The position numbers and the translations under genes are program-made. A stretch of 64,000 bases of DNA from the IMG/VR virus record IMGVR_UViG_3300021603_000005, positions 64,001 to 128,000 of that record, one strand, 5' to 3'. Shown piece after piece: positions 19,169 to 26,701 of this stretch (position 1 is its first letter; every line of letters begins with the position of its first letter). The notes below the pieces were generated by a model. That model saw only the letters and a list, made by a program, of their open reading frames with translations. It ran no database searches and was not told where the DNA came from. This DNA is from a virus (Duplodnaviria; Caudoviricetes).

Positions 19169-19986
19169 TAACAGAAAACGACTTTGACTGGTCTGTTACA
19201 GAAAGAGATATCGTTATCGTACTGCCTAGTGTTGGCAGAAAAATCCAGCTTATTCCTGGATTAAAGAGGCTGATTACGACAACGGCGTTGCCAAAAGAAA
19301 ACTGGCGTGTCGTTGTTATGAACAATTGTTGCCACGAGGATTTATCAGACCTACAACATCTTAACTGCTCGTATTTCACACTGTCAAAATCATTGCAAAC
19401 TAATTATCTGAACGGAGGATACGCGCGAAATTATGTCCTCAAAAGACTTAGATCAAAGCGCGTAATATTCCGTGACGCTGAAATTTTTCACGACGGGGAT
19501 TATCTATCGTATGCCAATCAATTACCAATAGGTACTGTTGGCGAATTATTTGCAGCTAATCAGGTATACTATAATGGCATAGTTGGTGGCGTATCAGTAA
19601 CCGCTAGTCCAGAGGCCACTAGGGCTATCATAGATAACCCAATGGTCGATTTGCCAACGATAGCTAGAATATTCCGAATGAGATCGTATGAGGGAATGAA
19701 TGGCTATGGTTGGATTGCCCCAACTAAACTACTACAAGAAATGCGAGGTTTCGACGAAGACTTTGACGAATGGGGCATGGAGGATTCTGACATATTTGAC
19801 AGAATCAAAGCGAGTGGCAGACCAATTATACATATGCCCCAGGGGTATCCTGTATACGCTACCCATTTGTTTCATCCACCGGCACCTTTCCCGTCTGGCA
19901 AGGCGTGTAGGATATATAAAGAGAAAGACCCTGATCAGTTGATTAGAAACCCCAATGGCTGGGGGGAGTGGAAAACATGCGATTGA
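19165..19986 (+). CDS. GT2/GT7-like (GT-A) glycosyltransferase
   Basis: ARNYVL, FRDAE, RGFDEDFDEWGMEDSD (galactosyltransferase-type WGxED), HLFH. Confidence 0.83.
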   Translation: MITENDFDWSVTERDIVIVLPSVGRKIQLIPGLKRLITTTALPKENWRVVVMNNCCHEDLSDLQHLNCSYFTLSKSLQTNYLNGGYARNYVLKRLRSKRVIFRDAEIFHDGDYLSYANQLPIGTVGELFAANQVYYNGIVGGVSVTASPEATRAIIDNPMVDLPTIARIFRMRSYEGMNGYGWIAPTKLLQEMRGFDEDFDEWGMEDSDIFDRIKASGRPIIHMPQGYPVYATHLFHPPAPFPSGKACRIYKEKDPDQLIRNPNGWGEWKTCD

Positions 19987-20450
19987 ATCTTGGATGTGGG
20001 AGCGATATTCGTACCGGTTTCACCAACATAGATGTGGCACAACAACAACTACCGCTAGGTCTATATCGACAGGGAGACGTTTCGAACCTTGATTGGCTAT
20101 GTACCAATAGTTCTGTTGAGGAAATGCTGGTTCTAAATGTGCTACAATATATTCCATACAAGGTTATGGATCAAGTACTATCAAACTGGGCCAATAAGCT
20201 TTGCAATAATGGATGTATAAAGATCCTGTCGCCAGACATAAACATACTATGCAAGTTATTCAGTAGTCGCAACATGGATCTGACAACGTTTTCGGCTAAT
20301 GTATTTGGTTCGCAAGATCAAATTGTTAACTTTGGAAAATCAGCAACCGACATGAAAGACATATGTCGACAACTAGAATCACTAGGACTAAAGGTAGTGA
20401 TTGCCAGATATGAAAACACAATGTTTTATGTAGAGGCTATTAAACCATGA
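19977..20450 (+). CDS. Class I SAM-dependent methyltransferase-like protein
   Basis: RLNLGCGSD..GFTNID motif I; VLQYI; GCIKILSPD. Likely start is ATG 19977 after GGAG. Confidence 0.75.
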   Translation: MRLNLGCGSDIRTGFTNIDVAQQQLPLGLYRQGDVSNLDWLCTNSSVEEMLVLNVLQYIPYKVMDQVLSNWANKLCNNGCIKILSPDINILCKLFSSRNMDLTTFSANVFGSQDQIVNFGKSATDMKDICRQLESLGLKVVIARYENTMFYVEAIKP

Positions 20451-21190
20451 AGCTTTGTACGCCATGTCAGTCGTGTAGCTTTTTATCAAAAGAGGGTGGC
20501 GGGTGCCTGCTGAATCTATATTGCTGTACATCAGATGATAATGTAACATACGCCCCAGGTTGCTGTAGGTTCTTTACAAGAACCAAGTTTCCAGATATAA
20601 CAACCGCAGTTCGCCACATGAAACAGGCAATGAGTTTTGACTACTCATTGGTTGTATGTTTCGATAACAAGGTACATAGCCTGGACGATCTGCGCAGAGT
20701 ATTTCGCAAGAGCGTTAAATATACCAATATCGTGGTCGTTGATATGTCTGCGACATCCGATCCCAAAGAGTTGGTAGAATTGTCACGACATTGCGTAGCC
20801 AACTCTTGTAAGTATAATGTCGTTATTCCCACAGAACCAATAGTTGCTAACGATCAGTTGGTTAGACTGGCAATGCCCAGCATAACACAGAACTACTTTG
20901 TGGTGATAGACGCCAACGAGTATATCGACATTGAAACACACAAGAGCGTTGTCGCAGAAACTAATCAGAACTCAAGATTCGTTCGCTGGGACTTTGGAAA
21001 AATACAGGGCAATACCCTGATCTTTTCACAGGCATCGATACGTGGCGTATACATAACATCGTTTTATAGAGAGATGATGTGCGGAGAGGAAAGATCTTTT
21101 AATTCTGTTGTCCGTGAACTTGAATCAGATAGTGGCATCGGCTTTATCAGACAATTGATCGGCCCGATTAACACGGTAGATAGGACGTAA
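20447..21190 (+). CDS. Hypothetical protein with Cys-rich N-terminus; possibly a degenerate GT-A fold
   Basis: Cys cluster in the first ~42 aa; later IVVVD and YFVVIDA strands resemble GT-A. Confidence 0.5.
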   Translation: MKLCTPCQSCSFLSKEGGGCLLNLYCCTSDDNVTYAPGCCRFFTRTKFPDITTAVRHMKQAMSFDYSLVVCFDNKVHSLDDLRRVFRKSVKYTNIVVVDMSATSDPKELVELSRHCVANSCKYNVVIPTEPIVANDQLVRLAMPSITQNYFVVIDANEYIDIETHKSVVAETNQNSRFVRWDFGKIQGNTLIFSQASIRGVYITSFYREMMCGEERSFNSVVRELESDSGIGFIRQLIGPINTVDRT

Positions 21191-21191
21191 T

Positions 21192-21896
21192 ATGTCTAAG
21201 GTCGGGGCTGTAATCGCAATCACAAAACATAGTCGTCTATTGCTAGACGGAATAATGTCTATCGCGAAACAGGTCGACAAATTGGTCGTATTATACAGCG
21301 GCGATAATGATAGTGGCTGGAATCAAATAGTGAACATGGTACTGAATAAGCCCAGGTTCGTCGGGGCAATAGTATCCGGAACCATATGTGATAAACCGTG
21401 TGTTTGTGTCAAAAGGGATTCAGCTAATAGGTCGTCACTATTCAATGGCGGGCTTCAGCTATTCGGAGAGGACTACGACTATATCGTAATCGCGAATGGT
21501 GGTGTTGTATTCAGGAGCGACAAGGTATCCCTATCTATAGAAGTTCTGAATAAACATGAAATGGCCAGTTGCGTTGTATCTGATTTCTCAGTATTATACG
21601 ACAACGATATGTCCATTAGACATTATGATGATCCATTTAATATACTCATGATGAAGGATGGGGTTTATCCAAACATCAACTGCGTTATTAGACGACAATG
21701 CATTGTGCCGTTTAATGAAGAGCTTAGTATTCACGACGACTACGAATGGATGAGTAGGGTCGGCATAAAAGGGCTTATTTACCATATCCCAGAACCACTA
21801 CACACAATAGTAGCCACGGAAAAAATAGTAGACCAAGCTACGATTGACAAGATAAAAAATGTCATTGTCTCGAAGTACGGACTTTCGAATGGGTAA
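21192..21896 (+). CDS. GT2-like protein lacking a clear DxD
   Basis: SLFNGGL, DYIVIA, FNEELSIHDDYEWMSR, YHIPEPL. Confidence 0.7.
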   Translation: MSKVGAVIAITKHSRLLLDGIMSIAKQVDKLVVLYSGDNDSGWNQIVNMVLNKPRFVGAIVSGTICDKPCVCVKRDSANRSSLFNGGLQLFGEDYDYIVIANGGVVFRSDKVSLSIEVLNKHEMASCVVSDFSVLYDNDMSIRHYDDPFNILMMKDGVYPNINCVIRRQCIVPFNEELSIHDDYEWMSRVGIKGLIYHIPEPLHTIVATEKIVDQATIDKIKNVIVSKYGLSNG

Positions 21897-22443
21897 GAAA
21901 AAAAAACATAGGTCAAGTGCAAAAAAGGAATTGCAAAAGACAATGCTCGAACGATTCGCCATAAGCAATGACGATCCGCTAGTATCCATTGGTATTATCA
22001 CCGATCACCTATCCATTTCACAAAACACTATCCCAATGATTACGAGCATCAACAAGGTATGCCAAGAATCTTTTGGGGTAGATATCTCATTGTTCGTCAT
22101 GCATTGGTATCGACCATTTGTTACTCCGTTATGTCCAGTATTTGATGTTCGCAAATTAATCGGCTGGGACAATCCATTAATCACGACCAGCACACAATCT
22201 ACGCTTGAGGCACTTAACACAAAATCGAACAGAATAGTGCATTATGTTTGGAGACCAGATTTTGTTAACACTGAGCGGCCAATTAGACAAGCATTCATAG
22301 ATCCAAGAGTAATCGTTGTTACTAGGCATGCAGATTATTCCGCCTTGATTAATGCTGAATTTGGAACTAGCATCAGTTGTGCATCTATACCAGATTTTGA
22401 TGCGACTAAATTGATCAGACTCGCATTAACGGGAGATATGTAG
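21889..22443 (+). CDS. Hypothetical protein resembling a truncated GT-B N-terminal domain
   Basis: LITTSTQST..HYVW pattern. Likely start is ATG 21889; the ORF track starts it at 21859. Confidence 0.5.
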   Translation: MGKKKKHRSSAKKELQKTMLERFAISNDDPLVSIGIITDHLSISQNTIPMITSINKVCQESFGVDISLFVMHWYRPFVTPLCPVFDVRKLIGWDNPLITTSTQSTLEALNTKSNRIVHYVWRPDFVNTERPIRQAFIDPRVIVVTRHADYSALINAEFGTSISCASIPDFDATKLIRLALTGDM

Positions 22444-22444
22444 A

Positions 22445-22909
22445 ATGGTATTTGTTAAGGCTCGCACACATCCATTGGTGGAACACTCATGGCTATTACT
22501 AATAGACGAGTCGTCTATTCAATATGCTAGAGAGAAAATTGATTCTGTTAACAGGGCTAAATGCGAATCGTTATATCGTCATGGTAACAATTTTTTGATT
22601 ATAGAAAAGCGCCTGCAAGCAGTAGCTATTCTATCATCCAGTATCGAATCGAGGATAGGTTGGTTCATGAATTTTTTTGGTGGAATGTGTCCAAGGGTTT
22701 ACGACGAGTTGTGTCGAATAGAAGCCGACGATTTTCCACCGCAATTTAACTCATCAGACATAAAGGTTATGAAATTCAACGGCGGAAAACACTGGTATGC
22801 CATATATCCGAATGGAGAGCATTTGTCACATAATGGTATATTTAAATGGTCAACACCAGAATTAGCAAGATCGGCAATAAGAAAGGTTTTGGGAGAACAA
22901 AATGGGTAA
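22445..22909 (+). CDS. Hypothetical protein
   Basis: 154-aa ORF packed between its neighbours. Confidence 0.65.
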   Translation: MVFVKARTHPLVEHSWLLLIDESSIQYAREKIDSVNRAKCESLYRHGNNFLIIEKRLQAVAILSSSIESRIGWFMNFFGGMCPRVYDELCRIEADDFPPQFNSSDIKVMKFNGGKHWYAIYPNGEHLSHNGIFKWSTPELARSAIRKVLGEQNG

Positions 22910-23732
22910 ATATATTTCTCAGATGACAGCACAAGAATTGCGAGAAGAATTATCGAAACACGGATTATCGCAAGATGATTTGCGCGGAATACGAAAACCA
23001 GATCTAAAATTGATGTTGAAGTCTAGTCGCGGGGAAGAACCGGTTGTTAAGAGTGAAACTGTATCACCAAGCGAAGATGCTGTTGTTGTAGAAAAGGATG
23101 TTCAAAATAGTCCTCCGGACCAAAACTCTATTGAGTGGACACAGTATGTCTTGGGACTATTTAGTAACGACGAACTAGAAAATCAGAACCCAAAGGTTGA
23201 TGGACTAAGGCGAGTTGCATCTACGTTAATTGGCCCGATTGTTGAGGAAGGTAGCGAATTGGTTTCTCCACCATCGTTAGACAATGGCCAAAGGGCATGT
23301 GTAAAAGCGTGGGTAATATTTTATCATAATGGGTTGCGTCGTAATGTGCGGTTCGAGGGGCTGGCGGATGTATGTAGTGACAACTGCGACGAAACGTTTG
23401 CTAGATTTCCAACAAGCACGGCAGAAACGCGCGCTAGGGGGAGATGTTTTAGGATGGCCTTGCAGTTAAGGAAGGTGATAGCCGCCGAAGAAGCTAACTT
23501 TGAGTTACCAGAAAATAGTAATGATAAGGATGTAGTGATTCAGGTGGGTCAAATATCTGTTATTCAACTGATGGCAGATAGGCTCAATGTGAGTATCCCA
23601 AAGCTATTAGGCCATCTAGATCTAAATAAGTCCGACCTACAATCTTTGACAAAGGTTGAGGGATTGATAGTTGTTAAGCATCTTAATTCGCTACAGCAAA
23701 CAGGGCATATCCCAGAGTCAATTGTAAGATAG
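22902..23732 (+). CDS. Putative single-strand annealing protein (Rad52/Sak/RecT-like) with an N-terminal HeH/SAP-like motif
   Basis: GLRRVA...FEGLADV...TAETRARGRCFRMAL resembles the SSAP AETRAxGRA signature; N-terminal MTAQELREELSKHGL..RKPDL. Confidence 0.55.
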   Translation: MGKYISQMTAQELREELSKHGLSQDDLRGIRKPDLKLMLKSSRGEEPVVKSETVSPSEDAVVVEKDVQNSPPDQNSIEWTQYVLGLFSNDELENQNPKVDGLRRVASTLIGPIVEEGSELVSPPSLDNGQRACVKAWVIFYHNGLRRNVRFEGLADVCSDNCDETFARFPTSTAETRARGRCFRMALQLRKVIAAEEANFELPENSNDKDVVIQVGQISVIQLMADRLNVSIPKLLGHLDLNKSDLQSLTKVEGLIVVKHLNSLQQTGHIPESIVR

Positions 23733-23746
23733 GAGTATGAGCATAT

Positions 23747-24250
23747 ATGGCATTCTTAAAAGTAACACATCAATTTAAGTTGTATAAGCCACGTAACGGC
23801 GGTGGTGGTTGTGCATCATCATGGGATTTTAGCACCAAACATCAATGCGTGTTTGTTGAAATGGCTAAACAGAATACGACCAACGACGACAACGGAAACG
23901 CTACATTTGACTGGAAGTCTCCAATACGTGTTAAGCTTGGAGTATCAGACATAGGCGAGATTATGAGCGTTTTGGAAAAACGACAGAATGGGGTTGGTGT
24001 ATTGTCAAATACACACAGCAAACACAAGGGGCTATTTCATCGTAACGACAAAGGAAACGCAGTATTGTCATTTGAAACTGGACAGACCACTGGATATAAT
24101 CTAAGAATAAGCTCTAAGAAAAATGACGACAAAGATCCTGTTGTGTTTTCGCATAGTATTACAAATGGAGAGGCTTGTGTGTTATTGTCGCTTTTAAGGG
24201 CGGCGGTTGTCAGTATCTATAAGTGGAATATCACTACCCAGGAACACTAA
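23747..24250 (+). CDS. Whirly-like ssDNA-binding protein
   Basis: FKLYK, VFVEMAK, FDWKSPIRVKLGVSDIGEI, LFH and ITNGEACVLLSLL match the order of Whirly-domain motifs. Confidence 0.55.
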   Translation: MAFLKVTHQFKLYKPRNGGGGCASSWDFSTKHQCVFVEMAKQNTTNDDNGNATFDWKSPIRVKLGVSDIGEIMSVLEKRQNGVGVLSNTHSKHKGLFHRNDKGNAVLSFETGQTTGYNLRISSKKNDDKDPVVFSHSITNGEACVLLSLLRAAVVSIYKWNITTQEH

Positions 24251-24497
24251 TTTTATCTAGCGTCTTTTCTATGCGAACGAGTATTGCCTTAATGACGGCT
24301 ATATCCTGAGAAACTGCATTCCATTGATTGGTCATAGAATTTAGTTGTTCGTTATGGGTTGAGATGGTTTTTTCAACACAATCTATTCTGTCTTTGACCT
24401 GTTGGTAATTGCCAGCAACGCCGTTTATAATACACAACAGGGATGTAATAGCCAACGCTATCGCGATTATTGATCCAATCCTTTTGATCCTCGGCAT
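24234..24497 (-). CDS. Small single-TM coiled-coil protein (holin-like)
   Basis: Basic N-terminus, hydrophobic IIAIALAITSLLCII, then heptad repeats; last gene of the late arm. Confidence 0.5.
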   Translation of the reverse strand: MPRIKRIGSIIAIALAITSLLCIINGVAGNYQQVKDRIDCVEKTISTHNEQLNSMTNQWNAVSQDIAVIKAILVRIEKTLDKISVPG

Positions 24498-24509
24498 TGT
24501 TTAACTCCC

Positions 24510-24554
24510 AAAAAAAGATGGGGCTATGGTGGTCGGTGGCACCAACACCCCATT
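24510..24554 (-). terminator. Intrinsic terminator after the 204-aa gene
   Basis: Minus strand ATGGGG-TGT-TGGTG...CACCA-TAG-CCCCAT followed by C and T7. Confidence 0.65.
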
Positions 24555-24562
24555 TGTTTCTA

Positions 24563-25177
24563 TTACAGATACTCTAGTTCAACGTACAGACCGAATTGGG
24601 TCTTTGAACCAATTGAGTTCGGGCTTGCTGATATCGCAACGTACCAGTCGTGTTGCGTGGCCTGAGTATCAGCGCCGGATGGTCGATTGCCGTCAACGCC
24701 TGGGCTACTTACTAGATCGAGGTACGAACCCGACCCATAAGCATTAACCCATGTTGCGTCTCCGGAGCCAGCACAATCCCAGCCTTCCCATGGGTGAATG
24801 AGTTCGCCAACATAACACGTTACGCCAGATGGGTTGTTGTTTTTGCTGACGCGATCAAATACACGCAATTGTGCGTTTTGTGTTTTGACCGGGGTGTCGA
24901 ATGTAAATCGTACATTCAAGGCACCGGATGCATTCTGTATACTAGTGAGTTCTGTGTCAAAGGTGTCGTTCCACCTTACGCCCGAAGTCGTTGCCAACTT
25001 CTTAGTGTTGTTCGCTACTGGACCCTGGACGGAACCATCTGAGCTAGTAATGTACGTTGAATCTTGATACTGTCCGACCTGTACCGACGTACCAAAACTA
25101 GCACCATAAAATCCCAATCCAGACCCGGCTAGCGATACCGCAGTTTTACCTGCAAAGAAATTAATCGCTGCTGCCAT
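24563..25177 (-). CDS. Virion structural protein (paralog of 25215..25856)
   Basis: GSGLGFYG, LNVRF..PVKTQNA, HDWYVAISASP, ELEYL. Strong GGAGG, its own upstream motif and a downstream terminator suggest high expression. Confidence 0.7.
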   Translation of the reverse strand: MAAAINFFAGKTAVSLAGSGLGFYGASFGTSVQVGQYQDSTYITSSDGSVQGPVANNTKKLATTSGVRWNDTFDTELTSIQNASGALNVRFTFDTPVKTQNAQLRVFDRVSKNNNPSGVTCYVGELIHPWEGWDCAGSGDATWVNAYGSGSYLDLVSSPGVDGNRPSGADTQATQHDWYVAISASPNSIGSKTQFGLYVELEYL

Positions 25178-25200
25178 ATATAGTTACCTCCTTTGTCTTT

Positions 25201-25208
25201 TTATACAC
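25201..25208 (-). promoter_or_regulatory. Putative late promoter GTGTATAA
   Basis: Recurrent motif upstream of the 204-aa gene RBS. Confidence 0.6.
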
Positions 25209-25214
25209 TTAATA

Positions 25215-25856
25215 TTAGATATACTCTACTTCAACTGCTAATCCAAACAACTTGCTATTTGGTGTGTTTGGAGTACATGATATCGCAACATACCAGTCGT
25301 GCCTTGTATCGATAGTTAGGTCGCCGTTAGGGCGTAAACCAGATGTGCCGGGTGTATCTATCAAACCAAGGGACTCAGATCCATGGACCCAAGACCAAGC
25401 CTCATCACCGGAACCCGTATTATCTTGCGACGTAGACGTATGTATAATCTCGCTACAGTAACACAGCAATCCAGACGGGTCATGAGACAGGACATTTCCG
25501 TCATAAATGTACATCGCCGCATTTTGTGTTCTTACCGCTTCTACGTGCTCGAATCTGATATTGAGTGATGCCATATAATTAGGCAAATTTCTTAATGGAA
25601 TTCCATCGCCCACTTGACCAAATATAACCCCGGATGCCCCATTTATTCCACTAAGCGAGCCTCCTGTACCAATGGTCAGCTTATTATTATTGCACTCTAT
25701 TCCATTGGTCAGGCCAGACGGATCAGTGATGAATGTTCTCCCTTGAAACGATCCTATGCCTACAGGAGATCCGAATCCAGAATCACCATAAAATCCTATA
25801 CCCGAGCCAATTGCTAGACTAGTTTGATTGTTTATCCATATGCTTATATTGGCCAT
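25215..25856 (-). CDS. Virion structural protein (paralog of 24563..25177)
   Basis: GSGIGFYG, LNIRF..AVRTQNA, HDWYVAISCTP, EVEYI. Confidence 0.7.
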   Translation of the reverse strand: MANISIWINNQTSLAIGSGIGFYGDSGFGSPVGIGSFQGRTFITDPSGLTNGIECNNNKLTIGTGGSLSGINGASGVIFGQVGDGIPLRNLPNYMASLNIRFEHVEAVRTQNAAMYIYDGNVLSHDPSGLLCYCSEIIHTSTSQDNTGSGDEAWSWVHGSESLGLIDTPGTSGLRPNGDLTIDTRHDWYVAISCTPNTPNSKLFGLAVEVEYI

Positions 25857-25871
25857 AATACCCTCTCTTTT

Positions 25872-25879
25872 TTATACAC
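25872..25879 (-). promoter_or_regulatory. Putative late promoter GTGTATAA
   Basis: Recurrent motif abutting the upstream stop codon and preceding the 213-aa gene. Confidence 0.6.
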
Positions 25880-26700
25880 TATACCGGATCTGCGTACATG
25901 TAATATCTGTGACCGAGATAGTTTAGCATATCATATACGCCAAGAATAGATAAGAGCGTATATTGATACTGCGATTCTTTATACCAATTTATATCAACAC
26001 TTTCTATATCTCCGGTCGGCGGGGGTAGATTATCCATCATGTTCGGAAATCCCATAAAGTAGACATATCGATCCGTGATATCATAACGAAGTTTTGGATG
26101 ATAGTATAATAAATTTGGGTCGGCGATTTGGTCTGGACCGGCCGTATAATAATATGCCTTGTGTGAAACCGGTTGGAATGGTGGCAGCGGAGAGATAATG
26201 GGATCTATTTCTTCAAAAATAAAACCAGCATCATGATTTTGTAGATGTTTTAATCTTAATTGCTCGAACCAGCTTTTGAATAATGGTATTGCTTCATTGT
26301 AGTTATCTATCGAAGCCATTCCCCAGGAATTGTTTTCGTCATCGGTATCATGCCCATAGACCATTGTCTGTGTGCCGTCAATTAACTTCAATGGAAGCGC
26401 CAACGAACTGATAGTTTTGTAGTCTGTATACGGCTGATGATTATAGAAGGCATATAATATATTAAATTGCCTTAGTATATTTTTAAGTAAGAATGTATCA
26501 CACACTACATTCTGTTGATTAGATATTATATTATCAAAAAAGGTATCCATATATGGACACGTTACCCTTTGAACGTTTACGCCATATCCTGCATATGGTG
26601 GTATACTATAAAACCCATAGAACACATCAACAAACGGGGGTATTACATCTCCACTAACAACAAATGGTATCTGTAGGTATGGATCTGTCACAGTTGCCAT
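25879..26700 (-). CDS. Hypothetical protein in the tail module
   Basis: 273-aa Tyr/Pro-rich ORF in the late arm. Confidence 0.65.
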   Translation of the reverse strand: MATVTDPYLQIPFVVSGDVIPPFVDVFYGFYSIPPYAGYGVNVQRVTCPYMDTFFDNIISNQQNVVCDTFLLKNILRQFNILYAFYNHQPYTDYKTISSLALPLKLIDGTQTMVYGHDTDDENNSWGMASIDNYNEAIPLFKSWFEQLRLKHLQNHDAGFIFEEIDPIISPLPPFQPVSHKAYYYTAGPDQIADPNLLYYHPKLRYDITDRYVYFMGFPNMMDNLPPPTGDIESVDINWYKESQYQYTLLSILGVYDMLNYLGHRYYMYADPV

Positions 26701-26701
26701 A

